Shown: positions 9,101 to 16,747, counted from the stretch's first letter. The stretch: 64,000 bases of DNA from Acidimicrobiia bacterium (GCA_965216725.1 CBDCGI010000005.1:10343-74342); one strand, 5' to 3'. The notes: generated by a model not told the origin, from the letters alone. A program made the numbers and translations.

Positions 9101-9393
9101 TCCGCCTCCAAGGACAGAAGGGCACGCCCGTCGCCACCCGCCGAATCGATCGCCCGTCGGGCGGCATGCAGAACCTGATACAGATTGTTGGCTGCTGCAT
9201 CCATATCCCTATCGGGCCACAGAAGATCAAGAACTTCGTCGCGCTGCTTTCGCCAACCACGCGAAAGGGCAAGCAGTTTGATTAGATCCCTGGCCTTGCT
9301 CAGACGCCACACCGATGGCTCGACGGATCGGTCGCCAACCCAGACTTGGAAGTCGCCGAGAAGCACAACACGGAGTTGGCTGTTGTGACCCAT
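6178..9393 (-). CDS. AfsR/SARP-like multidomain regulator: OmpR-type winged helix, BTAD, NB-ARC-like P-loop NTPase and TPR repeats.
   Basis: N-terminal LRVVLLGDFQVWVGDRSVEP...RDEVLDLLWPD (OmpR/SARP DNA-binding domain). BTAD segment LYPGELLPDDRYSDWAIGRREIL. Walker A TLVGPGGCGKTRLAVE. Long C-terminal TPR-like helical repeats. Confidence 0.8.
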   Translation of the reverse strand: MGHNSQLRVVLLGDFQVWVGDRSVEPSVWRLSKARDLIKLLALSRGWRKQRDEVLDLLWPDRDMDAAANNLYQVLHAARRAIDSAGGDGRALLSLEAETLVLCPGGGLSVDVEEFESAARHALVSQTRLDYETALNLYPGELLPDDRYSDWAIGRREILHRLNLDLMRGLANALEDSGEANAAADLLRQILVEDPTNESAHRELMRLYAKAGERSAAARQYDVLERVLQDELGVAPDKTSQSLRDEIAMGRLLPVEPGASSRSRPATNIGAPLSSFVGREKELRELGEALSSGRTVTLVGPGGCGKTRLAVEAGRRHLDDFSGGVFLVELAPVARADEVSAELMRALDVRRGPDRTAVEAVADRIAEDEVLLILDNCEHVADGVAVAMANLLESCPGLTVLATSREPIRVPGEIVRRVSSLRVPDPTDLPPADEMYRFDAITLFRERVQAVQPDFEVSEENMTEVAQVCFRLDGMPLALELAAARVPTLSVADVAKNLDDRLGLLVDGARTALSRQRTLKATVDWSFDLLSEPEQSLFLRLSVFNGPFDLEAAQSIAQSDIQGEIASLLSRLAEKSMVAITADGQFRYRLLETMREYGLDSLRHQGALRETRDSHAEWLLRLSESGGMTDASDRAELVARLSAVRDELGPAVDHLLATSPSLAVRLASRLWPYWLWLAHLGEGLELIERVLEHASGPSADRADLLLAASAVAFRWKGFEEMERFAALSAAEATALADDSRVGRALLLAAIGPFDRDEFEIAGALFKQARDLARGVDDDALEVSAYLCLAMLATFRLDYDEAGAFLDRAETLLSTLETPGVFDIYTLGAWAPTRRRGETLYMWCETFVSLEDGIGRHASASVAVARANIERLSGRLDQVASLLDAALRHYEEVGDESGQALALSWRGQLDFESGDLDAAEHHLMRSLNSRRRIGHLRGVVASLISIVRVLADRGRLDEAASYLEEATELCRQRADRIGLALVGTERAQAALAGGDAESAVSLLNESLPVVAAFGEFGLNIACTKRDLGEAQRAAGLKEEAYLCLTEAAETFERIGHEDEANRCLTLRASLDK

Positions 9394-9478
9394 TTGGAGG
9401 ACCCTATTTTGTCGGCTGCCACCGAGCCGAGGGATTGCGAGAGCACCTCGCAGAAAATGAGGGGGTCACGGCACGAAT

Positions 9479-9688
9479 CTTGTGGGCCCTCTGTGGAGCG
9501 CGAGAATCAACCAGCGCCTCAATCGGCTCGTCGGACGCGGTCAGAAATCGCCCTGACCAGAGTGTTTAGTGGAGCTGACGGGATTTGAACCCGTGACCCC
9601 CTCGTTGCGAAAGATGCGGTCATAGCCCTCTGACCAGGGGGAACGATCTGCAATTGCGGCGTTGTGGGGCGGCTGTGGGCCGAGCGAC
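9479..9688 (-). repeat. Composite element B: R1 motif (9479-9506), CTGACCAG box, a tRNA-Ala 3'-half-like pseudo-tRNA (about 9568..9645, minus strand) whose 5' half is replaced by a hairpin, then R2 motif (9661-9688).
   Basis: The segment TTCGCAACGAGGGGGTCACGGGTTCAAATCCCGTCAGCTCCAC is identical to the 3' half of the tRNA at 16083..16159 except for the terminal CTA (tRNA has CCA). The upstream ~130 bp also aligns with the region downstream of the real tRNA (15955-16082). Confidence 0.65.
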
Positions 9689-9875
9689 GTGAGATCACGT
9701 GAGACGCCGGGCATGCAACAAGATCGAAGAATGGCACACCCAACCGCAACTCTCCTATCGCCAGCGGCACACGCCACCTCGCCGGTCGTGACACGGGAAA
9801 GTCCACTCAGCATGGTGTTGGGGCGAGCACTGGCCATAGAATCTCTGACTCGTCTGGAGGGATACCACCGTCACT

Positions 9876-10559
9876 CTGAAACCGAGAACAATCTTCGTTG
9901 ACGAGAGTGGCGTGGGTGGTCAAGGACCCTTCATCGTCGTCGGCGCTCTCAAGTTCGCTAGGGACTACGGCTTGGTCACAAACGAACTTGTCACCTTGCG
10001 TGACAAGGCCAACTGGAGATCCGAAGCCCACTTTTCCAAGATCAATCGGACCACCGAGCATCTCTACCGGGAGACCATCAAGATTGTCGCCGAATCCGGT
10101 GCCCGCTTTAGGTACGTGGTTCACGATCGGCGGCAACCGAACCTCGACTTTGAACGCCATAAGGAACCCTGGAAGCGTGACGCTCAACTGGCGATTCGCC
10201 TCCTACGGTCGGCCACATGGACCGGCGAGACAGTCACGTCCATCATCGACTACGTGTCAACGCCGCGCTCGGTTAATTACGAGAACTACATCCACGTAGC
10301 TGTAAATCGGCTGCTCGGGGAGGAACAGGTTGTCTCTGTTCTCAGAATGGACTCCAAGACCTGTTGGGGCCTCCAACTCGCTGACATCCTCACTGGAGCG
10401 GTAGCGCACCAATACATGCAGTCAGTCAAGTCCGAGGTCAAGGCGACGACGCCAAAAGGGAGGGTCGCTGGGTTCGTCGCCGAGACCTACAACCTTGAGT
10501 CACTGATCATGGCTGATTCCAAGAAACTCAAAATGATCGGACTACCAAAGAAGGATTAA
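9876..10559 (+). CDS. DUF3800-family protein. The start codon is unresolved: the conserved N-terminus lies upstream of the first canonical start.
   Basis: Manual translation upstream of the GTG at 9912 gives TIFVDESGVGGQGPF, the (I/Y)(F/I)(I/V)DESG signature of DUF3800. C-terminal LQLADILTGAV matches the second DUF3800 signature. No ATG, GTG or TTG lies between the in-frame stop at 9846-9848 and the motif (candidates: CTG at 9876, ATC at 9891). G+C is visibly lower than in the neighbouring genes. Confidence 0.55.
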   Translation: MKPRTIFVDESGVGGQGPFIVVGALKFARDYGLVTNELVTLRDKANWRSEAHFSKINRTTEHLYRETIKIVAESGARFRYVVHDRRQPNLDFERHKEPWKRDAQLAIRLLRSATWTGETVTSIIDYVSTPRSVNYENYIHVAVNRLLGEEQVVSVLRMDSKTCWGLQLADILTGAVAHQYMQSVKSEVKATTPKGRVAGFVAETYNLESLIMADSKKLKMIGLPKKD

Positions 10560-10695
10560 GGGTTCACTAAAGGGCACCGACGCTATAGAGTGGACGGTGT
10601 CCACGGTGTGAGTCTCCGACTCCTAGCCGTGGCCGAGGTGCGAGCCCCCGGCTCTCAGCCTCGCAGCGCCACACGGCGCAACACATCATTACTCA

Positions 10696-10727
10696 GGAAG
10701 GGGCCTCTCAAACGGGAGGTCCCTTCC
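10696..10727. terminator. Hairpin GGAAGGGGCCTC-(loop)-GGGAGGTCCCTTCC followed by tcctttat, lying between convergent genes. Candidate bidirectional intrinsic terminator.
   Basis: Imperfect 12-bp stem followed by a T-rich tail, read directly from the sequence. Confidence 0.4.
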
Positions 10728-10879
10728 TCCTTTATCGGCCAATCTCTTGGTCCGCGGGCGACAGACCCAGATCTTTCGAGCCGGGGATGTCGCTCGAATA
10801 GATGGACTGCGGGCCCGGCGTGAGTCAGGAACCACGAAGATCGCGTGAGTGTGTGCAGGGTCAAGGCCTGAGATTGTGG

Positions 10880-11158
10880 TCAGGAGCAGTTCTGAAGGAA
10901 TTGCTCGATCGCCGCGTCATCCTCAAACGTCGAAGCCAACTCGGACGCTCGTTTGATTGGTCCCTTGACCTCATTTGGGGCGACCTCATATAGAGCGGCC
11001 ATCGCCTCTTGCCTGCTCTGGTCCCGCACCGTCTCGTACGTCTGACAGAACACACCGATCTCCTCGACGGTCGCTGGCAACGGAGCCGTGGTCGCAGTGT
11101 TGGGAGCGCCAGCACACGCAGCCAACACCACCGCCATCAAGACCATGTGTCGCCTCAT
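10880..11158 (-). CDS. Small secreted lipoprotein, about 92 aa.
   Basis: N-terminus MRRHMVLMAVVLAACAGAPN: signal peptide with LAAC lipobox. The ATG at 11158 overlaps the stop of the upstream gene (ATGA). The long N-terminal extension in the track ORF is read-through and is not supported. Confidence 0.5.
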   Translation of the reverse strand: MRRHMVLMAVVLAACAGAPNTATTAPLPATVEEIGVFCQTYETVRDQSRQEAMAALYEVAPNEVKGPIKRASELASTFEDDAAIEQFLQNCS

Positions 11159-11964
11159 GAGGACAGTTTGTGACGCAAGCTCCGGATGATTCGTATCACG
11201 AGTGCAAGTCCGGCAATCGCCCAGCAGGCCAACATTCCTTGAATTGCGAACCCCGCCAGAGAGTCGGCCGTCTCGACCGACCAAGGCAGTGCGATCGGGT
11301 TTGGAATCGAGCCGACGAGCATCGGATGAAACAGGGCGATTATCCCGAGCGCTGCTGCCACGACGTAGGTGAATCGGACTGCCCAGCGCCAACCTCTCGA
11401 AGGGAGGCGGCCGTTGGGGATCGTCATCAAGAAACGAGGAACGATCACTACCAGCAGAAGGATCCACGTAACCGAACCAACTAGCGCCGCGAGCCGACCG
11501 CCGGGCAGACTCCCAGGTTCGATCATCGTCCCCCTTACCGCATACGCACCGGCAACCGCACCGACCAAGTCGACTAGTGGACCGAGAATCAGAAGCCATC
11601 CGATCTGATTCCCCCACCTGAGCACCAGTAATGCTCCAAGAGCAGCGATTGCAGTCAGCACCACCGGATACGCAAATCCACCGTGATCATCGAATGGGAC
11701 ACATTCCACCTGCCCTGAAGCGACGAGCTCCCCGGCGTCGGAACAGACAGGCTGGCCGCTGTAAACAAGCTGCTCGTAAGCCTCGACGTCGAAGTCACTT
11801 GAGCTGACGTAGCTCGGGATCGGTTCATCGGATAGACCGGACTCGAGCACCGTCAGCACCAACCCAAGGGCCAATACCAGAAAGACCAAGCCGTAGATCC
11901 GGACTCGCCGTCTGCCGTAGGTAGTCGGCCTGGCATGGGGTTCCACTGTTGTGTTCGAATTCAC
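11155..11964 (-). CDS. Membrane protein that is a stand-alone paralog of the transmembrane sensor domain of the histidine kinase at 12074..14269.
   Basis: LLLVVIVPRFLMTIPNGRLPSRGWRWAVRFTYVVAAALGIIALFHP aligns with HK VVLGPLLLLTFPNGRLVSTRWRWVPGVALLSGALLLVQLAHP, and the flanking helices also align. The GTG at 11964 is preceded by AAAGGAGGAGAAGGA. Confidence 0.55.
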   Translation of the reverse strand: MNSNTTVEPHARPTTYGRRRVRIYGLVFLVLALGLVLTVLESGLSDEPIPSYVSSSDFDVEAYEQLVYSGQPVCSDAGELVASGQVECVPFDDHGGFAYPVVLTAIAALGALLVLRWGNQIGWLLILGPLVDLVGAVAGAYAVRGTMIEPGSLPGGRLAALVGSVTWILLLVVIVPRFLMTIPNGRLPSRGWRWAVRFTYVVAAALGIIALFHPMLVGSIPNPIALPWSVETADSLAGFAIQGMLACWAIAGLALVIRIIRSLRHKLSS

Positions 11965-12073
11965 TCCTTCTCCTCCTTTGGAGACGTCATTCGAACGTAA
12001 GGTCCGATCCGGCCAACCGACACATGGCCTACCCCACATCTGATCACCGTGGAGACACCACCCGGCTTTAGGT

Positions 12074-14269
12074 ATGCCAACGGTGTCTCCAACGCCCCGT
12101 GGTTGGCATGATTGGGCGATGACCCGGGCCTGGATGGTTTTAGTGGGTGTCCTGATCGCTGCCGTGGCCACGCTCGTCCTCACGCTGGGAACCTCGGACA
12201 CGCGAGCACCTGTCGTCGCCTTCGAAGATTTCACCTATCAGGAGGCCGAGCGGACCCTGAGCGAGGTTCCACTACTGCTGGCAGACGACCCGGCGCTTGA
12301 CGTTGAAGACTTGGATGGTCGATACCCGCTCCTGACTGCCATCGAAGGGCCGGAGCCTGCAGGCGTGGCATGGGCAGCCCTCGGCGTTCTGACCGCACTT
12401 CTTGGGGTTCTTGCCTGGGTCCGGGCATCCAACCGGTTCGGCTGGTATCTGATGGCGGTTGGAATCGTGGCGGTGGCGTTTGGAATGGCGCGCGCTGTCT
12501 CCGATTTCGCAGTCCACAGAAGCCCTACGGAATCGGTCTTCGGATCCCAGGCGGCTTTTGCACTCGCAGACACTCTGTGGATTCCCTTGGGTGTCGTCTT
12601 GGGGCCGCTTCTCTTGTTGACGTTTCCCAATGGCCGGCTTGTCTCGACGAGGTGGCGCTGGGTTCCAGGGGTGGCGTTGCTGTCCGGTGCGCTTTTGTTG
12701 GTTCAACTGGCTCATCCCCGTCGTTACGACGGACGTGCCCTGGCTCCATACCCAGCTCCGAATCTCGACATCCTCGAGCCTCTCTTCAATCTGGGGATCT
12801 ACCTATGGATGCTGGCCTTGGCGGTCGCCGGTTTGTCTCTGATAGTGCGGTTCTTCCGATCGGCCGGCTCAGAGCGGGACCAGCTCAAGTGGGTTACGTA
12901 TGGGCTCGTGGTCTCCCTAGCTCTGCTCGCCTTGTCAGACCTGGCGCAGCGATTCGGCGGTGATCCAGCCATCTGGGGGCCCGTTGCCAGTGCCGGCTTC
13001 CTCTTCTTGTTACCCCTCACGTTTCTCTTCTCGATCTTTCGCTACCGACTTTTCTCTATCGACATCGTGATCAACCGCACAGTGCTGTTCGGTGTCCTCT
13101 CTCTGCTCGTGGCATTGACATACGTCGCTGCCATCGCAGTGGCTGGATCGCTGGTAGGAGCCGGAAATGTGACGTCAGCTCTCATTGCGATGACCGTCAC
13201 GGCCTTCGCGTTCGAGCCACTGCGAGTGAGGACCGTGTCCCTCTTCGACCGGCTCGTCTGGAGGAGGCGCTCGGAGCCAGGCGACGCGCTGACCGAAGTA
13301 TTCACCACAATCGAAGACCGAGACGGAGATGAGGGCATGACGACCGTCGTCGGTGCCGTTGCTGAGGCTACCAATGCCCGCTACGTGGCGCTTTGGATCA
13401 ACAATGGGGAAGACATTCGGCTGTTGGTGACAGCTCCTTCGGACGTTGAACAGTCGCTGGACGACGGGTGGGACGTCGTCGCACCAGTTGGCGACACCGG
13501 AGCTCTCGGGGTCCGCATGTCACCCGGCGACCGGCTCCGGCGACAGGAGAGGAGACTTGTCCACGACCTGGCGGGGCTCGCTGCGCTCCTCCTCAAGAAC
13601 AACCAGTTGCGGTCAGATTTGGACGGCATAGTCGCTGAGCTCGAAACCAGGCACGGCGAGCTCATAGCCGCCGAAAGACGTCTGCAGGATGTCGTCGATC
13701 GGACACGAGCGGATGTGGAGCGCGACCTCCACGACGGGGCACAGGCGAGAGCTGTTGCCCTTGCCTCGGCCATCGGATTGGCCCGGGTCGCCCCCACCTC
13801 CACAGACCCGCAGCAACTGGCTTCTCTAATCGAGAACGCAGAAGAGGAGGTCGTTTCCTTCGCAAACGGCCTGTACCCCGCCGCTCTTGGCGCGAGCGGA
13901 CTCGAAGGAGCGATTCGGGGTCAAGCTCGCCTCCTCCTGCCGGACGCAGTCGTCCAAGTGGAAGCTGACGGGGTACCCCAAGACATCGCGGCAGTTGCGT
14001 ACCTGGTGGCCAGCGAAGCCATCTTGAACGTGGCCAAGCACGCCGGGTCGTCGCAAAACCCACCAAGGATCAGATGCGCGACGGATGGTTCCGAGCTCAG
14101 CATCGTTGTCAGCGACGACGGACCAGGCTTCTCGGTTCCTGCGCGGTCGACTGGCTCAGGGCTCAAAAACATCAGGGAGAGAGTCGAAGCCCTGGAGGGC
14201 TCCCTTCGTGTTGACTCGACGCCCGGCTATGGAACCAACCTCCTAGCCACAATCCCTGTGACACCATGA
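12074..14269 (+). CDS. Sensor histidine kinase: polytopic N-terminal sensor with FPNGRL / RWRW motifs, a HisKA_3-type DHp domain and an HATPase_c domain.
   Basis: About 350 aa of membrane region, then ERDLHDGAQARAVAL (HisKA_3 H-box), then ILNVAKHAGS...VSDDGPGF...GSGLKNIRERVEALEG (N, G1 and G2 boxes). The start could instead be the internal ATG at 12119. Confidence 0.8.
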   Translation: MPTVSPTPRGWHDWAMTRAWMVLVGVLIAAVATLVLTLGTSDTRAPVVAFEDFTYQEAERTLSEVPLLLADDPALDVEDLDGRYPLLTAIEGPEPAGVAWAALGVLTALLGVLAWVRASNRFGWYLMAVGIVAVAFGMARAVSDFAVHRSPTESVFGSQAAFALADTLWIPLGVVLGPLLLLTFPNGRLVSTRWRWVPGVALLSGALLLVQLAHPRRYDGRALAPYPAPNLDILEPLFNLGIYLWMLALAVAGLSLIVRFFRSAGSERDQLKWVTYGLVVSLALLALSDLAQRFGGDPAIWGPVASAGFLFLLPLTFLFSIFRYRLFSIDIVINRTVLFGVLSLLVALTYVAAIAVAGSLVGAGNVTSALIAMTVTAFAFEPLRVRTVSLFDRLVWRRRSEPGDALTEVFTTIEDRDGDEGMTTVVGAVAEATNARYVALWINNGEDIRLLVTAPSDVEQSLDDGWDVVAPVGDTGALGVRMSPGDRLRRQERRLVHDLAGLAALLLKNNQLRSDLDGIVAELETRHGELIAAERRLQDVVDRTRADVERDLHDGAQARAVALASAIGLARVAPTSTDPQQLASLIENAEEEVVSFANGLYPAALGASGLEGAIRGQARLLLPDAVVQVEADGVPQDIAAVAYLVASEAILNVAKHAGSSQNPPRIRCATDGSELSIVVSDDGPGFSVPARSTGSGLKNIRERVEALEGSLRVDSTPGYGTNLLATIPVTP

Positions 14270-15060
14270 CATCCCAGAGCCTTCCCGCCACGGCACGCAT
14301 ATTGATCTCCAGTGCTAGCGGCCTCGTCGCCGTGACAGTCTTCTCTCTCATGGCGCTGCCGTTCGGCTTCGCAGGGCTCACCGAGCCGACACCAGCGCCC
14401 ATCCTCTTGGGCGCTGCAATTCTGACAACTGTCATGCCACAGGTTCGCAGGTCTATGGGGCGGGTCATTGAACGGAATCCAAGATGGGCGAGCGGCGACT
14501 CATATGAGCTCATGGCAGCCGGATCGCGCCTCAAGCCTGAGACCGGGCCCAATGCTGTGCTCAGCGAACTGGCTGAGCTTGCCCGAAGGTCTGCGGCTGG
14601 CAGTTCAGCCAAGGTCCAATCCGAAATCGGTGAAGCAGAATCCGGCACTCCCAGCTCAACCGCGTTCCGAACCTCCGTGAACCACCTAGGCCGGGAGATC
14701 GCTTCAATAACGGTAACGAGTTCTAGCCCTCTGAAGCCTCAGCAGCGAAAGAGAGTGGAGCAGCTGGCATTGTCAGTCGGAGTGGTTGTAGCCAATGCTG
14801 TTGTCATCGGCAGCATCGAGGAGAGAATCTCGGAGTTGGATCGCACCATCGAACTCATCACGATGAGAAGAAGGTCTGTCGTCGAAGCGGAGGCAGCGGA
14901 AAGGCAACGGGTCGCCAGCGATGTTGTCGCCGGGACCGAGCCCATGTTTCGACAACTTGAGTCATCCATAGGGGCCGGGGACTTCGGCGACGCCGCAGAC
15001 ACGTGTGACCAGCTCATAGTGTTTCTCCGTGGCTTCTCGACGGCCATGCGGGAGCAATGA
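14266..15060 (+). CDS. Histidine-kinase-like protein with 2 TM helices, a juxtamembrane segment and a DHp-like region. It has no phospho-acceptor His and no ATPase domain.
   Basis: The start overlaps the HK stop (ATGA). SSPLKPQQRKRVEQLALSVGVV...EAEAAERQRVASDVVAGTEPMFRQL aligns with HK SPGDRLRRQERRLVHDLAGLAAL...RTRADVERDLHDGAQARAVAL. The H-box His is replaced (ASDVVAG vs ERDLHDG). Confidence 0.5.
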   Translation: MTSQSLPATARILISSASGLVAVTVFSLMALPFGFAGLTEPTPAPILLGAAILTTVMPQVRRSMGRVIERNPRWASGDSYELMAAGSRLKPETGPNAVLSELAELARRSAAGSSAKVQSEIGEAESGTPSSTAFRTSVNHLGREIASITVTSSSPLKPQQRKRVEQLALSVGVVVANAVVIGSIEERISELDRTIELITMRRRSVVEAEAAERQRVASDVVAGTEPMFRQLESSIGAGDFGDAADTCDQLIVFLRGFSTAMREQ

Positions 15061-15752
15061 CGATACGTGTACTGGTAGCGGAGGATGATCTCCTGGTTCG
15101 TCGCGGCATCGTCGCCCTCCTAAGCACACAGGACGACATCGAAATCGTCGCCACAGCCGAAGACCTGGAAACGCTCCTCTCTGCCGTCTCCGAGCACCAG
15201 CCAAGTGTCGTGCTCACTGACATCAGGATGCCGCCGAGCCACACCGATGAGGGGATACGAGCCGCCGTCACCCTTGCGGACCGCCATCCAGGTGTGGGTG
15301 TTGTTGTCCTGAGCCAGTATGACGACCCCGAGTACGCAGTGAGGCTGCTCGAAGACGGGAGCGAGGGGCGCGGCTACCTCCTCAAAGAGAGGGTCTCGAA
15401 CGTGGCACATTTGGTGGAAGCCCTCCAAAAAGTGAATCGAGGCGGTTCGTACGTAGACCCCAGGGTGATCGATCGCTTGGTTGACGCGAAGAGGTCTGAG
15501 CCATCCGGCATCAAGTGGCTTACTCCGAGGGAAGGTGAAGTCCTCGCCGAGATGGCACAAGGGAGGGACAATGCAACGATCGCGGACACTTTGTCGATCA
15601 ACATCCGGTCTGTCGAGAAACACATCAACTCGATCTTCGCCAAGCTGGGCCTGACCGAAGAGAGCGGCATCAGCAAGCGAGTCGCTGCCGTTCTCTCCTA
15701 TCTCAATGCAGCCGACGATGCTCCAGGACACAACAAGGCTGACACCCCCTGA
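15057..15752 (+). CDS. NarL/FixJ-family response regulator: REC domain plus LuxR-type HTH.
   Basis: VLVAEDDLLVRRGI...VVLTDIRMP receiver domain. C-terminal LTPREGEVLAEMAQGRDNATIADTLSINIRSVEKHINSIFAKLG LuxR HTH. Start overlaps the previous stop (ATGA). Confidence 0.85.
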   Translation: MTIRVLVAEDDLLVRRGIVALLSTQDDIEIVATAEDLETLLSAVSEHQPSVVLTDIRMPPSHTDEGIRAAVTLADRHPGVGVVVLSQYDDPEYAVRLLEDGSEGRGYLLKERVSNVAHLVEALQKVNRGGSYVDPRVIDRLVDAKRSEPSGIKWLTPREGEVLAEMAQGRDNATIADTLSINIRSVEKHINSIFAKLGLTEESGISKRVAAVLSYLNAADDAPGHNKADTP

Positions 15753-16082
15753 CGATCCGAGAAATCTCAAACGCCGGGTCACGGTCCGAAACCCGGTTCT
15801 AGGAGCCGCCGCGAGTTCTGAGGGACCAAGCCGAGTTCTCGGAGAGTGATCGGCGTCGCTTGACCGGCAGTCCCGTGGCACGCCTGCCACTTCTGGGCAC
15901 CAAGAGCTACAGCCCTCGCTCGATCGACTTCGCTCAGGAACCAGCAACTCAGCCTGACCCCCTCGCAGCAAATGAGGGGGTCAGCGATCAGATCTTGTGG
16001 GGCGCCTGTGGAGCGCGAGACTCGACCAACGCCCAATTCGGCCGACTGGGAGCCAGTCAGAAACGGTCCTGACCAGGGCAAA

Positions 16083-16159
16083 TGGTGGAGCTGACGGGAT
16101 TTGAACCCGTGACCCCCTCGTTGCGAACGAAGTGCTCTGCCAGGCTGAGCTACAGCCCC
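16083..16159 (-). tRNA. tRNA-Ala, anticodon CGC.
   Basis: The reverse complement reads GGGGCTGTAGCTCAGCCTGGCAGAGCACTTCGTTCGCAACGAGGGGGTCACGGGTTCAAATCCCGTCAGCTCCACCA: a cloverleaf with a G3:U70 pair, anticodon-loop CGC and an encoded CCA. Confidence 0.85.
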
Positions 16160-16300
16160 GTGTTTGGGAACGAGAATTGTACCGATGGACTTCGAGATGA
16201 CCGCATTCGGCGATTCCGCGCGGGGAACGTCCCAAATCTGACCCTCTGCTCCTAAGGAAGCCGGGTTGGGCAGCGGCCGGGCCGTTTCGTGAGCCCCCGC

Positions 16301-16747
16301 CTAGCTGACGGCGTCTTGCACCAGCGCCTCGACCCGTTTCGCAACCTCGTCGGTCCATTCGACAATGGCGAAGCTCGTCGACCACATGTCGCCTTCGTCC
16401 AACCGAGCACTATCGGAGAAACCGAGGGTCGCATAGCGGGCGTCGAATTTCTCAGCAGATTGGAAGAACAAGACCACATCTTTGCCGTCGGCATACGCGG
16501 GCATTCCATACCAGGTCTTCGGCAGGAGATGCGGGGCGATTCGAGTGACCGCAGCGTGCACTCGCTCGGCGATATGTCGATCGTTGTCGGGCATCTCGGC
16601 GATCGCGTCGAGCGCTGCCTGCAGGTTGTCGGCCTTCTTCCTTCCGCCGCGTTCGGCTTTCAGTTCCTCCGCCCGTTGTCTCATCGCGGCGCGCTCCGTC
16701 TCGGTGAAACCCGACTCCTGACGTTCTTCGTTTGCTTGTTGGTTCAT
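16301..16747 (-). CDS. DUF1801 (YdhG/YdeI-like) domain protein.
   Basis: MPDNDRHIAERVHAAVTRIAPHLLPKTWYGMPAY resembles the DUF1801 core. ATG at 16747 (MNQQANEERQ). Confidence 0.45.
   Translation of the reverse strand: MNQQANEERQESGFTETERAAMRQRAEELKAERGGRKKADNLQAALDAIAEMPDNDRHIAERVHAAVTRIAPHLLPKTWYGMPAYADGKDVVLFFQSAEKFDARYATLGFSDSARLDEGDMWSTSFAIVEWTDEVAKRVEALVQDAVS

Noticed and set aside
6178-9393. The NB-ARC/TPR protein as an antiviral STAND (Avs-like) defence NTPase.
   Set aside because: The N-terminus is a clear OmpR-type winged-helix plus BTAD transcription-activator module (the AfsR/SARP architecture), not a nuclease, protease or other effector domain. A regulator call is better supported.
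4344-16159. An intact integrative element or prophage at tRNA-Ala.
   Set aside because: No integrase, excisionase, relaxase, replication or phage structural genes occur between or beside the tRNA and its partial copies. Only scar-like att remnants and cargo are supported, so mobile_element is not called as a feature.
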